31,626 bases of DNA, from positions 1 through 31,626 of IMG/VR virus record IMGVR_UViG_3300049594_000068; one strand, 5' to 3'. The notes beneath the pieces are model-generated. The model worked only from the letters and a program-made list of their open reading frames with translations. It had not been told where the DNA came from and made no database searches. The translations under genes and the position numbers were made by a program. Source of the stretch: a virus. Its lineage: Duplodnaviria; Caudoviricetes. Positions 15,777 to 23,514 of this stretch are shown here, one piece after another (within the stretch, counting starts at the first letter, position 1; each line of letters opens with the position of its first letter).

Positions 15777-15997
15777 GGGTTTACATCCGTCCATTGTCCG
15801 TTGATTGTTGTGAAGCACTTTGATTCGGTAAGTCCGAAGGTGATGAACTTGGTTTCTTCACCTATCGCAGCACCTAACTTTGCGCAAGCGTCTTCTTTAG
15901 TGTTGGTTGCTATCCAACCTCCGATGACGAATGAGGTGCAGGTGAGGACGGTTGTGGTGAGTACACCAGCGATGAAACTCGACGTGTCAATGTTCAT
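15773..15997 (-). CDS. hypothetical membrane protein
   Basis: N-terminal hydrophobic helix, then two Cys. SD GGAGG. Confidence 0.6.
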   Translation of the reverse strand: MNIDTSSFIAGVLTTTVLTCTSFVIGGWIATNTKEDACAKLGAAIGEETKFITFGLTESKCFTTINGQWTDVNP

Positions 15998-16164
15998 CCC
16001 TCCCTTAACCTTTCTTGGAGTTCAGCGACTTCAAGAACCAGTTCTTCAATTTGTTTGTTGAGTTCTTCGATGCGTCGCATCGCTCCGTTGAGTGCGATGT
16101 CTTTGACACCAACCTCAACTTGTAGATCTTTGATAATGCCGGCAACTTTGTCTGAGAGGATCAT
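15994..16164 (-). CDS. small coiled-coil protein (not in ORF track)
   Basis: 56 aa MILSDKVAGIIKDLQVEVGVKDIALNGAMRRIEELNKQIEELVLEVAELQERLREG. Confidence 0.6.
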   Translation of the reverse strand: MILSDKVAGIIKDLQVEVGVKDIALNGAMRRIEELNKQIEELVLEVAELQERLREG

Positions 16165-16169
16165 TGGAC

Positions 16170-16379
16170 TCACAGTTCAGCTCCTTGGGCTAGATACACC
16201 CGTAAGCGTGAGATGTCTGAGTTGGCTTGGACGAGTGAGGCACGGCAGGCTTCGAGTTCTTTGAAGAGTGAGTCTGCTGTGTCTTTGTAGTTGTCACGTT
16301 CTTCTGCGACCCGTGCGAGGGCGTTCTGTAGGTCGTTGACTCGCAGCTCTAACTCTGCGAACTGGTTAACGTCAATCAT
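16170..16379 (-). CDS. small coiled-coil protein
   Basis: 69 aa heptad pattern. SD AGGAGG. Confidence 0.65.
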   Translation of the reverse strand: MIDVNQFAELELRVNDLQNALARVAEERDNYKDTADSLFKELEACRASLVQANSDISRLRVYLAQGAEL

Positions 16380-16507
16380 TTTTTTTGCCTCCTAGCAATT
16401 TCAATCTTTAATGCTTCGATGGTTTTGAAGAGTCGTTCTTGGTCGCCTTGACCGACGAAACTTTTCTCAAGAAACGCTATTGCGTTCTTTAGGTCTTGGA
16501 TAGTCAT
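16376..16507 (-). CDS. hypothetical protein
   Basis: MTIQDLKNAIAFLEK..., 43 aa. SD AGGAG. Confidence 0.6.
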   Translation of the reverse strand: MTIQDLKNAIAFLEKSFVGQGDQERLFKTIEALKIEIARRQKK

Positions 16508-16529
16508 GTTGTCTCCTGGCTGGATAGGT

Positions 16530-16587
16530 GCGACAAGTTGGGTACCGCAGGGGGCGAAGGGGGTTCGCTCGATACCCAACTTGTCAC
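16530..16587 (-). promoter_or_regulatory. long intergenic hairpin with C-rich loops
   Basis: 18-bp stem (two G-U pairs) enclosing GCGAA-CCCCC-UUCGC and a CCCCUG bulge. Confidence 0.6.
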
Positions 16588-16604
16588 GATTTATTGATGT
16601 GGGT

Positions 16605-17006
16605 TTACCACATTGATTCTGAGTCATCCTTCACGGCTGGTTCAACCTTGGCCTTGTACAGCTTTGGTGCGTTGAAGGCTTTTGATTTCTTTTCGCCATC
16701 ACCGGTGTACTTGACGGTCAGTTTCGTTCCAACCATTGATGAAACTCCAGCTGATTGTGCAGCCTCTCGAATCGCCTTCACCATATTTCCTCGGCTCCAG
16801 AGATTTCCGATGCCATCGGCTGTGTTGAGGGTGAATACGAAGACGTATCGCACGTCGCCGTTGTCCCAAGTTTTGACGGTTCCAGATGGGTCACGGTCTT
16901 CGAGTTTCTTCACTTCGATAACTGTTCCGGAATGTGTGTCGTTGACATTCTCAAACTTCAAAGCGGGATACTTGCTCCCGCCATCGGATAGGAATATGTC
17001 TGTCAT
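16605..17006 (-). CDS. putative ssDNA-binding (OB-fold) protein
   Basis: 133 aa, beta-rich (ALKFENVNDTHSGTV...G.KLTVKYTGD...PKLY.A), acidic C-terminus ending in W. Lies in the exonuclease operon. Confidence 0.6.
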   Translation of the reverse strand: MTDIFLSDGGSKYPALKFENVNDTHSGTVIEVKKLEDRDPSGTVKTWDNGDVRYVFVFTLNTADGIGNLWSRGNMVKAIREAAQSAGVSSMVGTKLTVKYTGDGEKKSKAFNAPKLYKAKVEPAVKDDSESMW

Positions 17007-17428
17007 GATGCTTGCTCCTCTATGTGGAATTGATTGGTTTCTGGGATATAGATCAGGTTCAGCAGGTCACGTGCTATGCCGTGACAAGCGTTAGCGAATC
17101 GCTGTGCTTGTTTCACGTCAAGGTTTGCTAGTGCTTCACCTGGTTTGGTGTATTTCTGCATGGTGATTTGGGAACAGATGTCCTTCACCAAGTCTTCATC
17201 GAATTGGCCTGAGTCAAACAGAAGGAACAACCCTCTGGCTATCTCAAACCTTCGAAGAGATTTTGTTTCTTTAAGGCTGATGCTGCGACCAGCGATTTCT
17301 GCCTGTGTGATAATCATTGCGAATCGTGCCCTGTCAGCACCTTGAATGCCGTTCAAGCGTTCACGAATATAGGTGACCGCTTGGTCATCGCCTGGCTGGT
17401 CTAGGTCACGACCCTCAATAGCGTTCAT
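17003..17428 (-). CDS. hypothetical protein
   Basis: 141 aa with ATGA coupling on both sides. Confidence 0.65.
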   Translation of the reverse strand: MNAIEGRDLDQPGDDQAVTYIRERLNGIQGADRARFAMIITQAEIAGRSISLKETKSLRRFEIARGLFLLFDSGQFDEDLVKDICSQITMQKYTKPGEALANLDVKQAQRFANACHGIARDLLNLIYIPETNQFHIEEQAS

Positions 17429-18567
17429 GCTGGCTCCGAATCAAACGCCTTCGACTTACGCTTGGCAGGTTTGGGTGCGGTTGGGTCAGCGTCAAAGAAC
17501 GGGATGTCATGTTCAGCCTCTACAACCTGTAACGCTGCAACGAGTTTGTCGAGCTGTGCATTGTCGCATTCAACAAGTTTTGGGCATCCTTCAGGCCATG
17601 TCACCTTCAGCATGTTTTGTGCTTTAGGGCTGAGGTTGGCGATCCGTGCTTTCACCCAGCCTTGCCGGATGGTGAGTTCGTTTGAGGGTGCAGGAATGTC
17701 GTCCTGTGGTATCGGATTTACCACAGGCACGACATCTCCCTGCTTCTCGTCAGAGAACTGATAAGGCTTGAACAGGTCTTTACGCTTGCGCCAGTCACGG
17801 GTTGCAAACGACATTTTCGCTGCTTCCCATCCTGCTTCAAGGTCAACTGTGTAGAACTTACAGGTGGCTTCACCTGCTGGAAGATGGCAGATGATGCCTT
17901 CTTTCATGTCTAAGCCTTCTGGGAGTGGTGTGCGTTCGCCAGTTTTCCAGTCGTAAATCCAGTCAGCGTGAGCGTACATGGCGAGCTGTACTGCGATTGA
18001 ACCGAACGAGTACGACAAGTCGGTTCCAGTCTTTAGGTCGAAGATGCAGATTCGGTTGTCACGGGTGGTGACGATGCGGTCTGCTGTACCTGCATACTCA
18101 TATTCATCATTGATGAGCAGAACTTCAATCCATTCCTTGCGCATACCGAAGTCCCACGCTGCGATTGAGGCAACATAGGTTTCAATATCAGCCTGTAATC
18201 CTTGAAGGATTTGTGGCTTCATCCCAAGGTCTAACTGTTGGGTGATTGAGTGAAGTGCTGTACCGAGGTTTGCTCGACTATATGCGCCTGCTGCTTCAAT
18301 CGCATCGTTTGCAATCTTGTTGAGTTTGCTTCGATCATCCAACGATGTTGATGCTTGTGCAAGTAGATCGGCTCGTTGAACGATGCCTGTGATTGCCATG
18401 CGTGTTTTCCAATCAGCAAGTGATGATGAATCATCCAACACTTTTGCGATTGTTGTGACACGTGTGTAGCCACGTTCTTTGCCGGTGGCTGGGTCACTAA
18501 TTTTGTAGCGACCCCAACGGTCTTTTGGTGCTTCCGCTAATAAACTGAACTCGTCTGATGTACTCAT
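17425..18567 (-). CDS. PD-(D/E)XK exonuclease (RecB/Cas4-like fold)
   Basis: YTRVTTI, GTALH, E........YAGTADRI, IFDLKTG, QLAMYA. Start MSTSDEF follows SD AGGAGG. Confidence 0.85.
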   Translation of the reverse strand: MSTSDEFSLLAEAPKDRWGRYKISDPATGKERGYTRVTTIAKVLDDSSSLADWKTRMAITGIVQRADLLAQASTSLDDRSKLNKIANDAIEAAGAYSRANLGTALHSITQQLDLGMKPQILQGLQADIETYVASIAAWDFGMRKEWIEVLLINDEYEYAGTADRIVTTRDNRICIFDLKTGTDLSYSFGSIAVQLAMYAHADWIYDWKTGERTPLPEGLDMKEGIICHLPAGEATCKFYTVDLEAGWEAAKMSFATRDWRKRKDLFKPYQFSDEKQGDVVPVVNPIPQDDIPAPSNELTIRQGWVKARIANLSPKAQNMLKVTWPEGCPKLVECDNAQLDKLVAALQVVEAEHDIPFFDADPTAPKPAKRKSKAFDSEPA

Positions 18568-18608
18568 TCGCAGGCCTCCTAAAGCTTGGGAATTATGGGT
18601 GTGAATTG

Positions 18609-18636
18609 ACCATAGCAGGTTGAATTGCTTTGTCAA
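18609..18636 (-). promoter_or_regulatory. sigma70-type promoter of the exonuclease operon
   Basis: TTGACA-16 nt-TATGGT with TGn extension. CAATTCA direct repeats nearby. Confidence 0.6.
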
Positions 18637-18645
18637 GCATTACTT

Positions 18646-19014
18646 CTACGGGGCGGGTGTAACAGGGTTTTGAGTTGGTTGATCGAGCATCAGCATTAGT
18701 TCACCCCAAATCTTGGCTGGCATAACCGCATACCAGTCATCGACATTCGTTGATCCTCTGCGCTTGATAATGACCGTGCCAGTCCATGCTTTAGCGTTCT
18801 CCATCTCCACTTCAAGTTCACGCAGATAGCCTGGAATGTCAATCTTCTTCTCTGCTTTAACTTCGATGCAGACTCCAGGCATTCCGTCTATGTCGCCTCT
18901 GTCGTCTTGCCATCCGGCACGACTGCGTTCAGCGTGAATCCAGCCAAGTTTGCGCAACCACTTCGCCACAGCAAGTTCAGCTGCGGAACCTTTACGCTTC
19001 TGCGGTGATGTCAC
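18646..19014 (-). CDS. Holliday junction resolvase (PD-(D/E)XK, Hjc-like)
   Basis: KRKGSAAELAVAKWL...G, DRGDI, IEVK. Confidence 0.8.
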   Translation of the reverse strand: MTSPQKRKGSAAELAVAKWLRKLGWIHAERSRAGWQDDRGDIDGMPGVCIEVKAEKKIDIPGYLRELEVEMENAKAWTGTVIIKRRGSTNVDDWYAVMPAKIWGELMLMLDQPTQNPVTPAP

Positions 19015-19294
19015 CAGTACGCCTCCTAGACCGTCTCAACCTTTGACGCTCCATAGTAGTCGTACCACCCCAGATACCTATCTCATCATTGTCTAACGCA
19101 AACTTGAGACAGATTCGACGCACGTTGCATTTCGCACAGAACAGTTTTGCATCAGCGATTGCGTGTGGTGAACCTTCGTTGAAGAACAGTTCGGTCTCAC
19201 CTTTGCAGCGTGACATTTCTTGCCATTCTGGTCTGAGTGGTCTGAAGGTGTTGTCACCGTCTGACCACATATCAACTACATGACCGCTGCTCAT
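18992..19294 (-). CDS. whiB: WhiB family transcription factor
   Basis: W....C, LFF, AK..C..C.VR..CL.FAL, GIWGGTT..ER plus basic tail. Confidence 0.92.
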   Translation of the reverse strand: MSSGHVVDMWSDGDNTFRPLRPEWQEMSRCKGETELFFNEGSPHAIADAKLFCAKCNVRRICLKFALDNDEIGIWGGTTTMERQRLRRSRRRTGDITAEA

Positions 19295-19584
19295 TGGTAG
19301 TCACGGTTCGTTGGATGGTTGTAGCGTGAACGAGTTTCCATTTCCTGTGCATACTTCAACATTGTTTCGTCACGCTTAACACGACGACGATAGTCACGTT
19401 CTTCAGCGATATTGAGCCAATGCAGATACACAATCGCTGCGAAGTTGAGTGCGATGAATAGTTTCCATTCGAGCGGTGTTGCTGGTTGCGCATCCGGCAG
19501 GTCTTCTGCTGTTGGCAACAACCAGAATCCCCACAGGATTCCCATTCCGATAACTGTTCCGATTTGCTTTTGTCTGTTTGTCAT
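19291..19584 (-). CDS. hypothetical membrane protein (2 TM)
   Basis: Two hydrophobic segments. SD AAGGAGG. Confidence 0.65.
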   Translation of the reverse strand: MTNRQKQIGTVIGMGILWGFWLLPTAEDLPDAQPATPLEWKLFIALNFAAIVYLHWLNIAEERDYRRRVKRDETMLKYAQEMETRSRYNHPTNRDYQ

Positions 19585-19643
19585 ATGCCCTCCTTTGGGT
19601 CATTCATGACATTAGAGCAAGACTGGAACGATGTGGTGGATGG

Positions 19644-20114
19644 TCACAAACTCCAATGCCTCAAGCCACCGTTGTCGTAGAGATATTTGGCTACGGCTAG
19701 GTTGCAGTCGACATTGAATAAGCCTGTGATGTCGGTGCCACAGATGTTGCGGGTGACGGTCTTCCAGCTGGAGTTGACCTGAACGAGTCCTAGGTCTTGT
19801 GAGCCGTTCCGATTGAGTGTGGTGTTGTGTGCTTTGATCCGGCATCTGGACTCACGCCAAGCGATATAGGAGAACGCTTTAACTGGCAGGCCATGTTCAC
19901 GGAACTTTGGTTCCCATTGAGGGCAACGCTTGGACTTGTCGTTCGGTATGCCTGCTGGGAGGATTTCAACGACGTTAGGCATCGGCTGACGCAATAGATG
20001 CTGATGCTGGGTTTGGGTGGCTGGGTGGGTTTGGGTGGGTTTTGGTTGGGCTGCGAAGGCTGTGCCTGCGAAGATGGTGGATAGGGCGATGAGGCTTGCT
20101 GTGAGTATTCGCAA
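19644..20114 (-). CDS. secreted SLT/lysozyme-like lytic transglycosylase
   Basis: Signal peptide ending AFA, catalytic RES, N.NGS.D.GL.Q.N, N...A..LY...G...W. Confidence 0.8.
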   Translation of the reverse strand: MRILTASLIALSTIFAGTAFAAQPKPTQTHPATQTQHQHLLRQPMPNVVEILPAGIPNDKSKRCPQWEPKFREHGLPVKAFSYIAWRESRCRIKAHNTTLNRNGSQDLGLVQVNSSWKTVTRNICGTDITGLFNVDCNLAVAKYLYDNGGLRHWSL

Positions 20115-20134
20115 GTTGTTTCCTTCCGTTTGTC

Positions 20135-20210
20135 CGATATATATCGCACACCCAAGGAGGGGGAGGTGTGCGGGATGTTCAAGCCCAAGAAAAGGCGGGC
20201 GAACGATCCG
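20135..20210 (-). promoter_or_regulatory. tandem hairpins with pyrimidine-rich loops plus 12-bp palindrome
   Basis: GGAU-GUUC-GCCC/GGGC-GAAC-AUCC stem, CGCACACC/GGUGUGCG stem, and palindrome CGATATATATCG. Confidence 0.5.
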
Positions 20211-20219
20211 AGGTTCAGT

Positions 20220-20369
20220 CTAGTCCGTTGGGTGCTGTGTTCGGTAGTACAGGTCTAAAGCCTGTTTGACTATCTGGGCGTTCGATGTGTCTTGCAATTC
20301 GGCTTCAACCTTGAGCCAATGCAGGGTCTCCTGTGGGAGTCTGATGGTGAGTGTCGGATACTTCACCAT
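20220..20369 (-). CDS. ribbon-helix-helix (CopG/Arc-like) regulator (not in ORF track)
   Basis: 49 aa MVKYPTLTIRLPQETLHWLKVEAELQDTSNAQIVKQALDLYYRTQHPTD. SD AAGGAGG, TGATG coupling. Confidence 0.8.
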   Translation of the reverse strand: MVKYPTLTIRLPQETLHWLKVEAELQDTSNAQIVKQALDLYYRTQHPTD

Positions 20370-20608
20370 CAGTTTCCCTCCTTTGCGTTGACGCTTGGTG
20401 CCATCGAGTAGCTACCGAGTGGGTAGCAGTATTCAACACCATCACGCACCTTGATTCCTACACGCTTGAGTTCGTTGTAGTAGCTAAGTGTTACAAACTT
20501 TTCGCTGCGCTTCACAACCTTGAAGCGGAATACACAGTCGTAATCACAGAGTGAACGTGTGCTGAGTTCTTGACCGATTTGGAACTTTGTTGTAGCGGTA
20601 GTCATCAC
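20369..20608 (-). CDS. hypothetical early protein
   Basis: 79 aa beta-rich ORF, coupled at both ends. Confidence 0.65.
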   Translation of the reverse strand: MMTTATTKFQIGQELSTRSLCDYDCVFRFKVVKRSEKFVTLSYYNELKRVGIKVRDGVEYCYPLGSYSMAPSVNAKEGN

Positions 20609-20799
20609 AGCACCACCGTTGTATCTACAACTTCACCGTCAACGATGAGCAAGTTTGCGTAGTAAACCTTCTTGCCATTTGGACGCTTGATACCTGCGAA
20701 GTGTGTCCAACCGAGTTGTGTTGAGAAGATTGAGCTGTGCTCTTTGATTTCTACAACTTCCCAATTCTGACCTTTGTTGCTGAACTTAATTGCTTCCAT
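20605..20799 (-). CDS. hypothetical early protein
   Basis: MEAIKFSNKG..., SD GGGAGG. First gene after the early promoter. Confidence 0.65.
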   Translation of the reverse strand: MEAIKFSNKGQNWEVVEIKEHSSIFSTQLGWTHFAGIKRPNGKKVYYANLLIVDGEVVDTTVVL

Positions 20800-20840
20800 G
20801 ATGTCCCTCCCAGAACTCAAGGTGTTTCCTTGATGACTTC

Positions 20841-20900
20841 AATCTAGGGACTTGTAAGACAAATTGCAACTATTATTTGAAAATAATTTAAGATTTTTTT
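20841..20900 (-). promoter_or_regulatory. strong early promoter with UP element and operator-like palindromes
   Basis: TTGCAA(20869-20864)-17 nt-TAGATT(20846-20841), AT-rich upstream tract, inverted repeats ATTATTT-ga-AAATAAT and TTGT-aag-ACAA. Confidence 0.75.
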
Positions 20901-21202
20901 GACCCTTTATTTATAAGGGTTTGCGGGACTAGACCAGGGATATTCTTCGTCATGACCTTCATATCCTGCACCATCGCCACCGGAATACACAGAACCCCAT
21001 CCACGTCATCAGCGTCAGTCTTCGACTGGAATATCGTGATGTGGCCTTCCTTGCCACCATCGCTAATAGGTAACAGGAACCCACAGCTGACAACCTCACA
21101 AGGTTCAGAACCGATGTCGGTGATTGGTGTCCATGTGTCAGTTGCAGCGTGAGCGTCATGCCATCTGATGACAACCATTGTGCGCATCTCATCGTGCGAC
21201 AT
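20888..21202 (-). CDS. hypothetical protein
   Basis: MSHDEMRTMVVIRWHDAH...SCGFLL...IPVAMV. A W.DA-motif small phage protein. Confidence 0.65.
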   Translation of the reverse strand: MSHDEMRTMVVIRWHDAHAATDTWTPITDIGSEPCEVVSCGFLLPISDGGKEGHITIFQSKTDADDVDGVLCIPVAMVQDMKVMTKNIPGLVPQTLINKGSKKS

Positions 21203-22157
21203 AATCCCGTCCTCTCCACCTAGCCCAACCATCACGAATAGGAATCATCTCAAGATTGAACTCGCCATCACCAGGCACATACTCAACCACACTCAAACCC
21301 TGCTGCCAGTCTTCCGCTCGATACAACGGGCGACCATCCAAGTCATGACCTCCACGTGTTGAAGGAACAGCACCATCGATACGAGCCAAACAACCAGGTG
21401 ATGCAGCAAGGATTGTTCTCGCCCCGTCATGGTCGTCCCGTGTGCGTTCAGCCCATTCCCGTCGGTGAATGTGACCGTAGATGACAGAGGTTTTGACTGT
21501 CGCAAGATACTTGTGGGCGGTACTTCCACCGGATGCAACCTTGTCACCATGAATGACATGAAGACGCTGGTTGATCCAATGCGCACCAGTCGGGTAACCA
21601 GGCAGATACTCAACGCCATAGTCGTCAAGGTTGCAGAGATACGGCACCGACATCACAGGCCACTCTTCAGGCCTCAGTCCTCGACGTAATCCGAACGCTG
21701 CACCAGCACCATCAAGGATGAAGTTGCCGAGCCGTTCCTCATGGTTGCCTGCGATCCAAACAATTCGAGCGTCTGGGGCTAGTTTGCGTAACTGTGCGCA
21801 GAGCTGGCTGGCACGGTCAATCGCAGCCTGAGTGGTGCGGGCGAACGCTGGGGTGTACCGGTATTTGCCAAACTCACAGAGGTCTAGGTTGTCTCCGACT
21901 AAAACGATTTGATCGGGCTTGGATGCTTTGACGATTTGTAGTGCAACGTCTAAGGCTTGTTCGTCGTGAATTGGTTCGAGTGCGTTGTCGTGTGTTCTGA
22001 AGTATCCGAGTTGCATGTCGGGGAGGATGACTGCAACCGAATAGTCTCGTTGTGTTGTCTTCGTTGCCTTCGTTGCAGGGAGCGCATACTTCTTGCCTTG
22101 TTGTACAACAGGCCACGCAGGATAATAGTTGTGCCTAATTTCATTGAGTAATGACAT
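21189..22157 (-). CDS. calcineurin-like metallophosphoesterase
   Basis: D.Q, GD..D, GNHE, HG, GHIHR motifs. Confidence 0.88.
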   Translation of the reverse strand: MSLLNEIRHNYYPAWPVVQQGKKYALPATKATKTTQRDYSVAVILPDMQLGYFRTHDNALEPIHDEQALDVALQIVKASKPDQIVLVGDNLDLCEFGKYRYTPAFARTTQAAIDRASQLCAQLRKLAPDARIVWIAGNHEERLGNFILDGAGAAFGLRRGLRPEEWPVMSVPYLCNLDDYGVEYLPGYPTGAHWINQRLHVIHGDKVASGGSTAHKYLATVKTSVIYGHIHRREWAERTRDDHDGARTILAASPGCLARIDGAVPSTRGGHDLDGRPLYRAEDWQQGLSVVEYVPGDGEFNLEMIPIRDGWARWRGRDYVAR

Positions 22158-22368
22158 TGGCAGCCCTGTATCGTGTGATGACTGACGGAGAGAGCTTTAT
22201 CTGTCGGGCTTGTAACGCTTTAATGATTTGTGTCGGACGAATCGTCGGATCGTTCAACGCATCGAGCAGGTCTCGTCCATCGGCTTCACCGAGTTTGGCG
22301 AGAATGAAGTCAATGCTTCCGCTGTTACCAACGGCCTGACCTTTAATTTCGTTTAGGAACTTCCCCAC
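22141..22368 (-). CDS. small helical (HTH-like) protein
   Basis: GTG start after SD AAGGAGG. PTQIIKALQARQIKLSPSVITRYR. Confidence 0.6.
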   Translation of the reverse strand: MGKFLNEIKGQAVGNSGSIDFILAKLGEADGRDLLDALNDPTIRPTQIIKALQARQIKLSPSVITRYRAANVITQ

Positions 22369-22567
22369 GTGTTGCCTCCTTGAGATGCCAGTCGATATGC
22401 GAATCCAACTTACTATCAATTCGCTCTACTTTTCCACCGACTGACCGCAGGATTTCCATGACGTTTGCATGGTCGTTCGTGTTCTCTTTACGCACCTTCA
22501 GCAGAAGCGTAGTGACAACACCGCCAACCGCTGTAACGAGAGCTGCGATGACGACACCCCAATCCAC
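22343..22567 (-). CDS. membrane protein of lysis cassette
   Basis: N-terminal TM helix, then a coiled coil ending LDSHIDWH. Follows the endolysin. Confidence 0.7.
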   Translation of the reverse strand: MDWGVVIAALVTAVGGVVTTLLLKVRKENTNDHANVMEILRSVGGKVERIDSKLDSHIDWHLKEATRGEVPKRN

Positions 22568-22568
22568 A

Positions 22569-23126
22569 TCAAGCCTGAACCTTCGATGCCAACCAAGCCT
22601 TCACACGCTCCGGCTTATTATCCCCAGCCACATAACGCAAATGCCAAGGTTCCTGAGGGACAACCTCCCACGAAAACCCAAACGACACAGCGTTCTTCTT
22701 CAACCACTCAAGCCGTTTACCGTTGGCGTTCGCAATATCAATGGCGATGCCGAGGTTATGCTTTGATAAGCCAGGGGTGGCAAGTGGTGCCATGCCCTTC
22801 TTCAAATACCAGGCTTGACCTTTGTAAACCTTCGGCTTTTGACCAGCGATGACATTGGTTGTATAGCGTTGATAGAAGCCGTACTCCTGGGTCTCAAGAC
22901 TGCGGTATGTATCGGCTTGGCTACTGGGAGACAGGTCAATCCCTTCAGCGTTCGCAGCAGCGTCCATCGCCTCATACGCATCCGCAGCGCAATGATGAAG
23001 TTTCCCTTTGCCCTCAATCGCTCGAAGCAACTTCGGTGGCAGTTTGCCTGGCACAGCCTTCTTCAAACATGAACACAGCACAACAGGGATGATCGGCAGG
23101 TCGCCCTGCTTCTTCTTAGAGGCCAT
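22569..23126 (-). CDS. endolysin, peptidase M15 (VanY-like Zn peptidase)
   Basis: YRS...Q, A.PG.SKH..G.AID, WL..NA..FGF, EPWH. Confidence 0.88.
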   Translation of the reverse strand: MASKKKQGDLPIIPVVLCSCLKKAVPGKLPPKLLRAIEGKGKLHHCAADAYEAMDAAANAEGIDLSPSSQADTYRSLETQEYGFYQRYTTNVIAGQKPKVYKGQAWYLKKGMAPLATPGLSKHNLGIAIDIANANGKRLEWLKKNAVSFGFSWEVVPQEPWHLRYVAGDNKPERVKAWLASKVQA

Positions 23127-23353
23127 TACTTAGCCTTGCCGAATGCTTCAGCGATTTCCTCTTTGGTGAGAACACCATCAGAAGACCATGCACGAAGCAA
23201 CGATTCAGTCACTTTGGCTGCTGCCACGATGCCAGCAATCGCTGCTGCCTTCCAGAGTTGCACGTCAAGTACTGCACCACCGGCAACAGCAGCCAAAGCT
23301 GATGAACCGAATACTGCAACGATACGAAGGATGAGGGTCTTGAGGGTTTCCAT
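23126..23353 (-). CDS. putative holin
   Basis: 75 aa with two hydrophobic helices and a DG.L..EEI C-terminus. TAATG-coupled to the endolysin. Confidence 0.7.
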   Translation of the reverse strand: METLKTLILRIVAVFGSSALAAVAGGAVLDVQLWKAAAIAGIVAAAKVTESLLRAWSSDGVLTKEEIAEAFGKAK

Positions 23354-23514
23354 TAGTTGTCCTTATTGGTTAGTGCGCCGATGAAGTGAAGAACGAGAGC
23401 TGCGATAGTTAGCCAGATCACGATCTTTTGTAGCCCACCAGAGAGCGTCAAGATGGTGGTGATTGATGCTGCGATTGTCCATATCAACGCATGGAACTCA
23501 CCCCAAAACTTCAT
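23353..23514 (-). CDS. 2-TM membrane protein (not in ORF track)
   Basis: 53 aa MKFWGEFHALIWTIAASITTILTLSGGLQKIVIWLTIAALVLHFIGALTNKDN. Coupled on both sides. Confidence 0.7.
   Translation of the reverse strand: MKFWGEFHALIWTIAASITTILTLSGGLQKIVIWLTIAALVLHFIGALTNKDN

Noticed and set aside
17425-18567. Cas4-like nuclease as part of a CRISPR system
   Set aside because: There is no repeat-spacer array or other cas gene. It is an ordinary phage PD-(D/E)XK exonuclease.
20120-20220. tRNA gene in the structured intergenic region
   Set aside because: No cloverleaf, T-loop GTTCRA in the proper context, or CCA end.
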